Shown: positions 12,908 to 25,933 of the stretch, in pieces
Layout of the letters: the number at the start of each line of letters is the position of its first letter
Position numbering within the stretch: the stretch's first letter is position 1
From: Eledone cirrhosa
Lineage: Eukaryota
Length of the DNA stretch: 64,000 nt
NCBI GenBank assembly: GCA_964016885.1
Contig: OZ024740.1
Location: forward strand, 339,388,001 to 339,452,000
Direction: 5' to 3'
The notes under the pieces: generated by a model
Databases searched by the model: none
The model's input: the letters and a program-made list of their open reading frames with translations, nothing else
What the model was told of the DNA's origin: nothing
Made by a program: the position numbers and the translations under genes

Positions 12908-14528
12908 TATTAATGATGCCCTCTTCCTTGTGAGGCAATTACAGGAAAAGTACCTAGCTAAAAGTAAGCCACTCTACTTGGCATTTGTCGACCTTGAGAA
13001 AGCCTTTGACAGAGTTCCACGTGCAGTAATCTGGTGGGCTCTTAGAAAACTAGGAGTAGATGAATGGCTTGTGAAAGCGGTACAAGCCATGTATAGGGGA
13101 GCAGTCAGCAAAGTTAGGATTAGCAATGAATATAGCGAGGAATTTAGCGTACAGGTTGGGGTCCACCAGGGCTCTGTTCTTAGCCCTCTCCTGTTCATCA
13201 TAGTCCTGCAGGCAATAACGGAGGAGTTTAAGACCGGATGCCCATGGGAACTCCTGTATGCTGATGACCTCGCACTCATAGCTGAATCTATGGTAGAACT
13301 AGAGAATAAATTCCAAACCTGGAAGCAGGGACTAGAGAGAAAGGGTCTCAAAGTCAACATGACAAAGACTAAGGCCCTTATAAGTAGACGAGAAAACAGA
13401 ACCCAGATCCCCTCAGGGAAATGGCCTTGCTCAGTATGTAGGAAAGGTGTAGGTAGGAACTCCATTCTTTGCCCCAAATGCAAACAATGGGTACACAAGA
13501 GATGTAGCGGGATCTCAGGAAGCTTAATTAAGAATGTAGGATTCACATGCAGCAGCTGTGCTGAAACAGCAAGCAAACAGCCACAGGAAACAAGTACCAC
13601 CAATCTCTGGGAGGGCCCTGTAGAGACAGTAGACAGCTTCTGCTACCTAGGTGACCGAATTAGCAACGGAGGTGGGTGCTCAGAAAGTACAATAACTAGG
13701 GTAAGAACGGGATGGAAGAAGTTTAGGGAACTACTACCACTGCTAGCTGCAAAAGGCTTCTCCCTCAGAATGAAAGGCAGACTGTATGATGCGTGTATCC
13801 GAACAGCGATGTTGCATGGTAGTGAGACCTGGGCGCTGAAGGTGGAAGACTTACGTAGATTAGAGAGAAACGAAGCCTGCATGCTCCGATGGATGTGTAA
13901 CAGTAATATACGTGAACGACAAAGCATAAAGGAATTGAGAGAGAGACTGAGCATAAGAGGAATCAAATGCTGCGTGCAGGAGAGGCGGTTACGCTGGTAT
14001 GGACATGTGATGCGTATGAAGGATGACAGCTGCATAAAAAGGTGCAGAGCACTAGAAGTTGATGGAAACTGCGGAGTGGGGAGACCCAAGATGACTTGGG
14101 ATGAGGTGATAAAAGCCGACCTTACCCAACTACACCTCTCAAAGTCAATGACACACGACCATGACTTCTGGCGTCACGCAGTAATACAGGGTACCCGACC
14201 TCCCATGGGTACATGCTGAAGCATATAAACAATATGCCCCCACTCCCTCCCACCGCAAGGTGGTCGTGGAGGTGCCACGGCAAAAAAGCACCCAGCCCAC
14301 ACTGTAAAGTGGACGTGTAGGCGCCACGAAAAAGCACCCAGCACTCACTGTAAATGAGGTTGGTGTTAGGAAGGGCATCCAGCTGTAGAAATCAAGCCAG
14401 ATCAGTTCCTGTATGAGCAAGGCATGGTCATCCAACCAGACACTGCCCACAACAGGACAACCCGTCTAACCCATGCTAGCGTGGAAGAACGGACGTAAAA
14501 CGGTGATGATGATGATGATGATGATGAT
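12908..14528 (+). mobile_element. RTE LINE lineage A, 5'-truncated, RT frame open to stop at 14219
   Basis: [44 protein letters not shown]; 3'UTR and (GAT)n tail; the ORF-track start lies inside the microsatellite and is an artefact. Confidence 0.95.
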
Positions 14529-14965
14529 ATATATATATACAAGATAATATAAATTAATATATTTGATAAACACAAATACCAACATATCTGTGTTTGTATT
14601 GTAAATGACTAAGTTAGCTAGATTGAAAAATACTAATTATAATAATACAGTTTGCCTGTCTCAATTTAAAATAATAAATCAACAAAAACAAAGCATATTG
14701 GCAAATGGCCGTGGTGCTTGAACAAATTTAAATTTCAAAATCAAACCTGTTCCTTAGACAGGTTTAAACCTTAAAATCCAAATAAGTTTCGAAAAATGAA
14801 AAAGTGAAAGAATACCGCATTTAGATCTCCTCAGCAAGCGCTAAAAAAATTGGTATGTTTCACTTCAAAATATTTAAAAAGACTGTTTAACGCACATGGT
14901 TTTTCACACATGGTTATACTCATGCTGCTAGAAATAACAGCCGTTTATATGGGGCTAAAATTAGC

Positions 14966-15001
<36 letters not shown>

Positions 15002-15026
15002 CATATATGTATATATATATGTGTAT

Positions 15027-15626
15027 ATCATCAACGTTTAACGTCCGTGTTCCACGCTTGCATGGGTTTGGACGGGGGTTTTCCCACTTGAGGCAAGAGT
15101 GATTGTCTTGCTCGCATAGGACTGTCTGGCAGGTTTTCTACAGTTGGATGCCCTTCCTAACACCAACCACATTTACAGTGTGGGTCTGGGAGGTTTTTAC
15201 CGTGTTGCCTACACGGCCACATTACAGCGTGGACTGTGTGTTTTTTTGTCGTGACACCTACACGATCTCATTTGTTTCGGCCTGGATGGTGTGGCACCAA
15301 CATAACTTTACATAGAAGGGGGCGGTGTGGATGGGGTGGGACGGGGGTGTATTTTGTTAGAGATGCCTACTGACTGTAGTAGGTTTTACTTTGTATTTAG
15401 GTAAGGCGGGTCTTCTCTATTACTGAGTACCACCAAAGGTCTCGGTCCAGTGACATTGTCTTGGTGAGGTGTAAGTGTGTGAGGTCGGAGTTTATCAGCT
15501 CATCCCAGGTTTTTCTGGGTCTGCCTATTCCGTGGCTACCGTCTATCTTTATTGCCCTGCACTTTGTTATACAGCTATCGTCCTTCATGCGCATCACGTG
15601 ACCATACCAACGTAGCCTTCTCTCTA
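15027..15626 (-). mobile_element. RTE LINE lineage B 3' fragment
   Basis: [16 protein letters not shown]..; 3'UTR near-identical to the reverse complement of 18920-19290. Confidence 0.93.
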
Positions 15627-15885
15627 ATACATATATATATGTGTATATATACATATATGTATATATATATGTATATATATATATATATATATCTGTATAT
15701 CTGTATATATATATATATATCTGTATATCATCATCATCATCATCATCGTTTAACGTCCATCTTCCACGCTTGCATGGGTTCTGTATATATATATATATCT
15801 GTATATATATATCTGTATATATATATATATATATCTGTATATATTTATATATATATATATATCTGTATATATATATATATATCTG

Positions 15886-15916
<31 letters not shown>

Positions 15917-15921
15917 GTATG

Positions 15922-16044
<123 letters not shown>

Positions 16045-16170
16045 GTATAAATGTATATATATGTATATATATATATGTATATATATGTAGGAGGTGAGTT
16101 TTATTGTAAATATGTTGATTTAATACTGCACTATTCACAAGTGTTTTTTAACCTTCATATCATGTCTCCC

Positions 16171-16241
16171 TATTTTATCTGACGAAAACGCAAATGTCAT
16201 CGCATGATGATATTTGTTTTTGAAATGCGCATAATAAAATA
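16171..16241 (+). ncRNA. Type I hammerhead ribozyme in a short TA-flanked insert (~16088-16275)
   Basis: Perfect 8-bp stem I TATTTTAT/ATAAAATA; CTGACGA 16179-16185; 16-nt stem II arms with GCAT loop; GAAA 16222-16225; palindromic TGCGCA; TA. Confidence 0.88.
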
Positions 16242-16377
16242 TATGGAACTCTTTTAACCATCTTTTGATCTTATATATTATATGTATATATATATATGTA
16301 TATATAATCAAGGTTTAGCAAATAAGAAAAAGTTTCAAAATAAATTTTAAAAAATTAACTTTACTTACTATGGTTAC

Positions 16378-16451
16378 CTTTACCGAATTGGTTTCGATTC
16401 TCAAAAATAAACGGAGTCCATACGGCCTTCGTTGCAAAGAAAGAATCTAGT

Positions 16452-16458
<7 letters not shown>
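16378..16458 (-). ncRNA. Degenerate hammerhead ribozyme
   Basis: On - strand: CTGACTA GATTCT...AGAATC GAAA CC AATTC GG TA; core G8 mutated and stem I weak. Confidence 0.5.
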
Positions 16459-16516
<58 letters not shown>

Positions 16517-16847
16517 GTATATATATATATCTGTATATATATCTGTATATATTTATATCTGTATATATATATGTATGTGTATATATATGTGTATATATAT
16601 GTATGTGTATATATATGTGTATATATATATGTATGTGTATATATGTATGTGTATATATATATGTGTATATATATATGTATGTGTATATATATGTGTATAT
16701 ATGTATATATGTATATAATTGTGTGTATATATATATATGTGTGTATATATGTATACATATATATGTGTATATATGTATATATATATTATATGTGTATATT
16801 TATATATATATATACATAATATGTGCATATGTATATATACATACATT

Positions 16848-17345
16848 GGGAATACGAAGGTGATGTGGTTGAGAGGGAGAGCAAAGCCTGGGTGGCGTGC
16901 CACAGCTTGAGATCGGTGTGGAAGTCCTGACCTTCGTGAAGACCTGAAAATCCGCCTCTTCATTGCTGTAGTGGGGTCTGTGCTGCTGTACGGGTTTGAG
17001 ACTTGGACACTGACCAAGAAACTCACTCAGATGGTGGATGGGTGCTATACGAGAATGCTGAGGATGGCTCTGAACATTAATCAGTATACACTGAGGATGA
17101 AAAACTCAGAGCTGTATGGGAGCATCCCAAAAGTCAGCTCAAAAGTGACACAGAGGAGACTGAGGTTAGCTGGACATGCTCACCGACATCCAGAGTTCCT
17201 CCTGTGCGAGCGCCTACATAGACACACTGGAAGACGAAGAGGAAGACCAAGGTTAACGTATGTTGATGCCCTAAGGACAGACACTGGTCTGTTGGAGACG
17301 CAGGACATGCCATGGATCTCGGGAATTTTACCCGCCCTAGATAGA
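16848..17345 (+). mobile_element. RTE-X-like LINE 3' fragment (lineage C)
   Basis: Homologous to 11534-12018 with internal deletions; ends CCCGCCCTAGATAGAT then TA tract. Confidence 0.85.
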
Positions 17346-17488
17346 TGTGTATATATATATACATTATATGTGTATATGTATGTATATATATACATTATAT
17401 GTGTATATGTATATATATATATACATTATATGTGTATATGTATACATATGTATACATTATATGTGTATATGAATATATATATATACAT

Positions 17489-17522
<34 letters not shown>

Positions 17523-17559
17523 CATTATATTTGTATATGTATATATATATATACATATA

Positions 17560-19304
17560 AAGAGAGCGAATTGATCTAGATGAAATGCAGTTCGGGTTTG
17601 TGTCAGGAAAAAGTACCACAGACGCTCTTTTCATTGTACGACAACTACAGGAGAAGTACCTAGCTAAAAGTAAACCCCTATACTTAGCTTTCGTCGACTT
17701 GGAGAAGGCCTTCGACAGAGTCCCCCGTTCCATTATCTGGTGGGCTCTTAGAAAACTAGGTGTCGATGAATGGCTTGTGAGAGCTATACAAGCCATGTAT
17801 AAAGAAACAGTCAGCAAGGTTAGAATTAACAACGAATATAGTGAAGAGTTTAGTGTAAAAGTTGGTGTTCATCAGGGCTCTGTTCTTAGCCCCCTACTAT
17901 TTATTATTGCCCTCCAGGCTATAACAGTGGAGTTCAAGACCGGCTGCCCATGGGAACTCCTATACGCAGATGATCTAATGCTCATAGCTGAATCAATGGC
18001 CGAGCTAGAGAAGAAATTCCAAACATGGAAGCACAGGCTAGAATCAAAAGGCCTTAAAATTAACCTGGCTAAGACTAAAGTTCTAGTTTGTAAGAAAGAA
18101 AATAAGGCGGCGGCCACCTCCGGGAAGTGGCCATGCGCAGAGTGTAGGAAAGGCGTAGGCAGAAATTCCATTTTGTGTCCCAAATGCAAAGTTTGGGTTC
18201 ATAAAAGATGTAGTGGGATCACAGGTAAGCTAACTAAGAACATAGATTTTACTTGTGGCCGGTGTTCTGGGGCAATAAGTAGCAGCAAGTGCCCACAAAA
18301 TACTAGCTCTTTCAACTGCGCAGAGGGTTCTATAGAAATAGTGGACAGCTTCCGCTACCTGGGTGACAAAATCAGCAGTGGGGGAGGGTGCTCTGAAAGT
18401 ACAGTAGCTAGAGTCAGAACTGGGTGGAAAAAGTTCAGAGAGCTTATACCACTATTAGCCGCTAAAGGGTTCTCCCTAAAAATGAAAGGCAGGTTGTACG
18501 ATGCCTGCATACGAACAGCAATGTTGCATGGCAGTGAGACCTGGGCATTGTGTGCAGAGGATATACGCAGACTAGAGAGAAACGAAGCTTGCATGCTCCG
18601 CTGGATGTGTAATAGTAATATACGTGAACGACAAAGCATAAACAAACTAAGGAAAAAATTAGAAATAAGAGGGATCAGATGTTGTTTACTAGAGAGAAGG
18701 CTACGTTGGTATGGTCACATGATGCGCATGAAGGACGATAGCTGTATAACAAAGTGCAGGGCAATAAAGATAGACGGTAGCCACGGAATAGGCAGACCCA
18801 GAAAAACCTGGGACGAGCTGATAAACTCCGACCTCACACACTTACACCTCACCAAGACAATGTCACTGGACCGAGACCTTTGGCGGTACTCAGTAATAGA
18901 GAAGACCCGCCTTACCTAAATACAAAGTAAAACCTACTACAGTCAGTAGGCATCTCTAACAAAATACACCCCCCGTCCCACCCCATCCACACCGCCCCCT
19001 CTATGTAAAGTTATGTTGGTGCCACACCATCCAGGCCGAAACAAATGAGATCGTGTAGGTGTCACGACAAAAAAATACACAGTCCACGCTGTAATGTGGC
19101 CGTGTAGGCAACACGGTAAAAACCTCCCAGACCCACACTGTAAATGTGGTTGGTGTTAGGAAGGGCATCCAACTGTAGAAAACCTGCCAGACAGTCCTAT
19201 GCGAGCAAGACAATCACTCTTGCCTCAAGTGGGAAAACCCCCGTCCAAACCCATGCAAGCGTGGAACACGGACGTTAAACGTTGATGATGATGATGATGA
19301 TGAT
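17560..19304 (+). mobile_element. RTE LINE lineage B, 5'-truncated, RT frame open to stop at 18919
   Basis: [24 protein letters not shown], Cys/His finger, FRYLG; 3'UTR and (GAT)n tail. Confidence 0.95.
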
Positions 19305-22300
19305 AAGTATATGATGATGTGCTTAAGTGCAGAGATGCTATAAAATAAGGTGAAAACCCTTGAAAGACAGAAACAGATATGCCATTGCCCTCTATCTATC
19401 TATCTATCTCTATCTCTTTCTCTATATATATATATGTGTGTGTATGTGTTTATATATATATATGCCTGTGCGTGTGTGTGTATGTATATATATATATAAA
19501 TATATGTGTATGTATATATAAATATATATATATGCGTATATATAAATATATATATGTGTATATAAATATATATATATGTATATATAAATATATATATATG
19601 TATATATGTAGGTATATGTATCGATGTGTATATATATATATATATATATATTCACATATGTATGTGTATATGTATGTGTGTATATGTATTGGTGTATATG
19701 TAACTGTATGTATGTGTATATGTGTATGTATGTGTATACACACACACACGCACATATTTATATATATGTTAAATTGAAGCTACAAAGAAAATTATATTCA
19801 TACAATGATATATCTAAAGTGGCATGTGATTTATGGGAGCAAGTTAAATATGTACATTTATTGCTTGTATAAGATCTAAAGCAGATGTAAGTAACCTTCT
19901 AATAGGTTTCTTTGGTCTCTTGTAATGTTGGATTTGTCAGAAGCTATGTATGGATTAAGATAATATGGGATTATGCTGTAAGTGATAAGATATTGTCTTG
20001 TTATAGTGATGTACTTGTAGCTTAGCTATTTAACTCCTGCTATATGCTTGATTTGATAAGACATGGATTAATGCCCTAGTTGATAATAGATGTAGATGTA
20101 TTCCTACTATTGTGCAGGTGTTAATAAGAAGAGAATTATTATATCATTGTCTTCTACTGTAGCTAATTATTGATATTATTTTTGCCTATAAATATATCTT
20201 TATAATATGCAGTGATGTTTTTAACTAATGTAATTGAAACATAGAAGTAATTCCAAACACGAACAAAACATACATTTAATATATTCAATAGTATGATAGA
20301 TATCTTTTAATGGCAACAAATATATATATTATATATTCTTCATAACCGAACAGATTTAAGCAGAAGAAAAAATAATATGGAATACTGAGGTTTCTGTCAG
20401 AGTTGTTCACTTTCATAACTAGAATATATAATAAACATGATAACATTTTTCTGTTTTATTTCCTTAAATGTATTTTTCTGTAAATTTGATACTACTTGAA
20501 GCAATGAATGTGTTTATCATTATGATATGAGAATATATTTCACTCGTCATCTTATGTACAGTGTAACATTAAATGTAATAATTTAATATGTATCTATTTT
20601 TTATGCATTCATTCAGTTACAAATATATGTTGTTTTCCTATATTGGAAACATGGATTTCAAGCTGATTTCTTCTAAGCTTAATATATCCACATAAATAAT
20701 CTATATGTTCACTTGACAAATCTCTATTTCTCTCAAAGAAATTATCTTTTATGGAAAAGGCTTTATCTTTATAAGATGCAATAATTGGTTTATATGTGTC
20801 AGAGAACATAAGCTGCATGTTGCATTACTGATCTTTTCTCCTCGAGTAAATTCTCAATCAGCCTTGTAGTATGGAGCATTTCTTAATGATACAGGCACCA
20901 CCATGTCAGTGAAAACAGGCCTTTAATGGATTGTAGGGCCTAACAACACTCTAAACGAAAAACCCAGCTGATGGATCTGGAATTAAGATTACAAAATCTT
21001 GTTGGATAAAGCATATGATATATTGCTAATGGCAGCTTCTAGAGGATGAACTGAGGAAATATCTGGGCAAGTGTTGTTACAACAGGCTTCAGTTCAGATC
21101 ATAATGTCAAAGTAGTGTCATTGGCAGTAGCTATAGCACTTTAGCAAAAAACAGGCAGCTGTCAATTCTTAACCCTTTTATTAACAAGCTACCTGAAACC
21201 ATCCTTATATATTATCATCTGGGTTGAATGGATTGTCACATTCTGAAACTAGACATGTCAGATGACCAAATCTTGTTCTTATGTTCTATTTTGGCATTGT
21301 TTCTACAGTTGGATGCCCTTCCTAATACAAACCACCATACCACATTTGTTGAGTGCATTTTATTGTTGCACCAGCACTACCATTTCCCAGAGTTGATTTA
21401 GTGCATTTTATCATGGCATCAGCATTATCACTTTACAGAGTGTACTGGATATATTTTATCATGACACCAGCACCACCACTACTTTACAGAATGTATTAGG
21501 TGTATTTTAACCTAAAGGGTTTCCATCATAGTTTTATGCAAGAACCTTTGTTAAGTTATGCTCCAAACACTAGCTAAATGACAAAGTTATCTATTTTATT
21601 AGATCCTTGGAAATTTTTTAATATTTTCAAAATTAATTGAAGATTATGGGCAGATTTTTTATTAGAAGTACAAAAGGGGTCAGTAACTCTGATTTAGAAT
21701 TTTTCCAAAATGTACAGGAAATATCTATATTATTTCTGCTACTTTGCAGCTTCACTTTGATGTGTACAATTTTTACATTAAATTAAACAGTTGAAAGTAG
21801 ATCTTTAGACAAACTTTAATCACATTTACAGGAGTGTTGCTGTATGCTCTAGGAAAATGTTAACTCATATGTAAGGAATTAATCAACAGATATTTTGATC
21901 TAACCAGTCTTCGCTATTTTGATATTTTTTATTGATAGTGTTAATATCATTCAGTAAATTCTCTGGAGGATCATTGCTAAACTTCTCTTCTTTTTTCAAA
22001 TCTATGCTCAAAACTCTTGATCTTTAAGCTTGAAACTTCTCTCACCTTTTCTGACTTGTGACATTTACTTCTCGTCAGCACATGTGTTTTTATTTCCAAA
22101 GATGTGTAGTCAATAGTTTTAGTATATTTTTTTGTCTGTCTAACACGAGACGTTTGAAAATGTTTTCATTCGAACTTTGACTAAGTAGGTATTCACCATA
22201 TGAGGAATACTAGATCTTTTGAAAGGTTGTGTATTATTTGAGGTACCAGGGTAGACATACTGCCAAATACTTCCTGGGTGGAGCATTGACACCCACTCAA

Positions 22301-23039
22301 ATAATAAAAATCATAACGTCAATACATATATGTATCCATTTGCAAACTTTAAATATATATGCGTATGTGTATGTGGGGGTGTGCATGTGTGTGTTTGTGT
22401 TTATACATGGTGTGGATGTAGGTGGCGTGGTTAAAAAAAAAATGTGAGTGTTTGTTCATGGGTAAGTTCCTAAGGTAGTTCCGTGGAGTGTGCGATGAGA
22501 TGTTGGATATTTTTCATGTTATAGAGTGGATAGCTGGAACGTTGACCGGTGGTGTGGAATCCATTAGTTGTGGTCGTCGGAAGTGGAGAGATGTGGGGTG
22601 CACACGCAACAGGAAGTGGTCAGAGGGTCAAGGCAGGGTGAAGAGATAGCAGTAGAGGAGGATGGCAGGTGAAGAATGGTCTGTGTGTGGTGTGGACTGT
22701 GTGTCTGTGTGTGTGGAGGTGCGGTGGAAAGGGGAGAGGATGGGTAGGTGTGAAAGGTGTTGGTGTGGGGGGATGGGGTGTACATTAGTAGAGGTGTTAG
22801 TGGGATGTGTGTGTGTGAAGGGGTGTAAGTGGAGCGGGGAGAGGGAGAGAAAAGGTGTTGGGGACGGAGGAGGGAGTGTAGTGTACTGGTGTGTGTGTGC
22901 ATGTTTGGATGAGTGTGTGTGGTAGAGGGGGTGTTAGTGGGTGTTAGTATTACTGGTGGTGGGGAAAGGGTTCAATGTGGGTGTGTAAGTGGGGGTTAGT
23001 GGTGGTTGGGTGTGTGGGCTGAAGGAATAGGGGTGGGGA

Positions 23040-23222
23040 ATTAAGCCCGGGGTGTGTGTGGGTCTGTAGAGTGAAGATGGTGCGTTGTTCGACCGTGAGG
23101 CAGGTGGCGGGTGTTCCGTGGCATTGGAGTAGGCCACATACTATGAGGTGGTGGGCGGAATGTTTCAGGGGAGCAAAAGTGGTGGGCAATGGAGGAACTG
23201 CCGCCAAGACGACATCCCGGAT
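23040..23222 (-). pseudogene. C-terminal part of a PLE GIY-YIG endonuclease (frameshifted), followed by a C-rich 3' region to ~22440
   Basis: Joined frames give [41 protein letters not shown], the usual PLE EN C-terminus pattern (HF..H..GL..E..I..L.T..P.GLN). Confidence 0.7.
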
Positions 23223-23255
23223 GTACATATATATATATGTATATATATATGTAAG

Positions 23256-23287
<32 letters not shown>

Positions 23288-23901
23288 TATATGTATGTAT
23301 ATATGTATGTATATATATATATATATGTATATATGAATAAAAATAGACCGTAAAACAAGATGTCCATCATCAGTAGCCTGCTGATTATCATTGGTATTTC
23401 TTTGCATTAAAGACTAGATACCTAAAATCAGTGCAAGTGATAACTAAATTGAGTTATCGGGACAGAGGAAAACAGAGGAAAGGAAACAAACAACATGGTA
23501 GTAATGCAATGTAAAGAGAGGAAAAGAGAGACAAGTCAATGAATCTTGTGGGCTTAAGTCCGACAAATCAAATGACGAGAAGAAACAGACGCGTCCGAGC
23601 TACGAGAAAAGTGAGAGAGGAAAGAATATTTCACGCAGGTCAGACGGGAGGAAGTAAGAGAGGAGGAGTAGCAGAGAGTGAGTGGGTGAAAGTGTGAGGA
23701 AGGGGCCAGCCGAGAGTGAGTGACCAGCAGCGGGAGTGGAGGAAAGCAAGAGGTGAAGGCGAGAGAAGGGGGAGAGAGAAAGAGGATAGCAGTAAGGTGA
23801 CAGAAAAAGTAAGAACCACAGTGAAGGGAAAAAATGTATACATATATATATATATACATATATACATACATATATATATATATACATATATACATATATA
23901 C

Positions 23902-25801
23902 ACTTGACTGCTGTCAGCCAGTATCGCACGTAGAACAGAGCATTGAACATACAGATCCGGCGCAACTTTTCCATTTTAGCTTGATCGTAATTGAGTCGCT
24001 CACCAAATGCATACATCTTTACACTCTAGATGATTGTGGACATCCACTCACTGAGCGTTATGATGTGCACCAGGCAGCATCCAATGAATTCCACGAAGAG
24101 GGGTGACACCAAGCAAGATCAATATCAACTCGGCACATTCTCGGTAGTCGTCCCATGGAAGAGAACTCATTTTCCCGTCGTCAGATGTCAGCAAATCTTG
24201 GAGGAACTTAATGTTCTCAAAACACAGACGCTTGAGTATCCGGTCGACAATGTTCAATGTTTTAAAGTTAGTTTTGTCCGTGAGTGACACCCAATCTTTT
24301 TTGAACTCCTTGAACTCTAGGGTGTCTGGACTGGACATTGCTCCGAATAGTTGTTGCCACACTGCACACAAGATACACTCCATGACATGGTGTCGACAAG
24401 CAAAATGAAACACCATTTTGTTGAGCATCTATTCTAGTTTCATGCAGGCACCATTTTCAAAGACGAAGCCCACCACAGACCCATCAACATTCCAATCTTT
24501 AACAAGATCAAATGATGCTTTGGCTTGGGTGGTTCCACTGCCATCAGGAATTATGGGAAAACCAAGGAGTTTACCCTCTCTGAAGTCTGGAGTTCCAGTA
24601 ACTAGCACACCTAGCCTCTCGTGGTCACCAGGAATTATTTTGCCATCCCAATACAAGGTAACAAAGTCTGGTATGACAAATTGTTCCTTTATGTATTCAG
24701 CCCCCACTGTTCTGATCTTCTTAGCTGCACACCTGCTACTATTATTGGAGAGAGTTGTGGCATCTATGTCAGTCCCACCTCAGAAATAATCGATGCCATA
24801 AATGCTGTTCTCTGGCCCAGTGTCAGGTTTAAACGATCAGCCATTAGAGAAATGTTTGGACTTTGAAATGAATTCTTTGGGAGTTCCAGCTGAATTTTTC
24901 GTTTCCTGTCTGACTTTGAGCTGTCTCTGGGTGGGTTTGAGGCCTGAAATTCAGGATCCTGTTCATCTTCAGTTTCATCATTGGTTCAACTTGAATCACT
25001 CAGTTCATTACGTGGAAGTTGTGCTGCTACAGATCCTGACAAACGCTTTCTATGGTTCTTTGACTCACGACGAGCCACAGAAGCCTGATCACGCTTAAAC
25101 GTTGAAGATACCTTTTTCTGGTAACCCTTGTCTTCAGCACACAGAGATACTTTTTTTGGCAACGCAGGGCTTCATGAAATGTAGCATCTTCCATTTTCTG
25201 TTCATTATTACGAAGACGGTCTTTCAAAATTTTCTTTTCAGCACCAGTATGTGCAATGTAGAAATACGAATCCAATTCAGAAATAAATAGTGCTTCCTTT
25301 TCTTTGTTTGACTTAGAACCTTTGTTTTTTTGTAAATTTCTGTATTCACTATACATGTTCATAATTTTCAGTTTCACTTTGTCTTTTCGTTGAGTCGCCA
25401 CACCGCTTTTTCCCACTGACTAACTACTTCCATCACAAGCCTATCCACAATAGCACCGTTGAAGCTCACATGCTTATCGTGTTTCATAGGACCATCTTTC
25501 AGGTAGTAGAAATATCTTAGAACATCCCCCTTTGTTGGTATTATGTTTGGTGAAAAGGATGTAACATATTGCCCCAGGAACCATATTTCTCGATCATCAC
25601 AACGGAGCGAGTAGCTACAACTAGGCCCACTGGTTTTCGCCATTATTCTGCCAATTTGCAACTATTAGGTAAGGCTTAAATTAGTCTGAAATAATCAAAA
25701 TTACATTATAAATTGATAATATACAAAATGGCATGAGAAAATGCATAGGGAGCTAAGAAAAAAACACTTTTGTGTAAAATGTGGGATTCTGGAACACCCT
25801 A
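23902..25801 (-). mobile_element. hATm-like DNA transposon, 5' end intact, 3'-truncated, transposase decayed
   Basis: Terminus TAGGGTGTTCC at 25801; ORF pieces PTKGDVLRYF, LYWDGK, HFACRHHVME, DDYRE..PGAHHNA, FYVRYW; frameshifts and stops. Confidence 0.75.
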
Positions 25802-25822
25802 ATATATATGTAAATATATATG

Positions 25823-25899
<77 letters not shown>

Positions 25900-25933
25900 G
25901 TGTATATATATCTATGTATACATATATGTATAT

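Noticed and set aside
12974-14089. Long antisense ORFs over RTE RT (also 17872-18645 and 49661-50716)
   Set aside because: Shadow frames opposite the RT coding strand, with inconsistent boundaries between copies
22030-22085. CTGACGA...GAAA on - strand
   Set aside because: Stem II and stem I do not pair convincingly
23345-23400. CTGATGA on - strand next to a TA tract
   Set aside because: GAAA half of the core is absent; at best a heavily decayed relic
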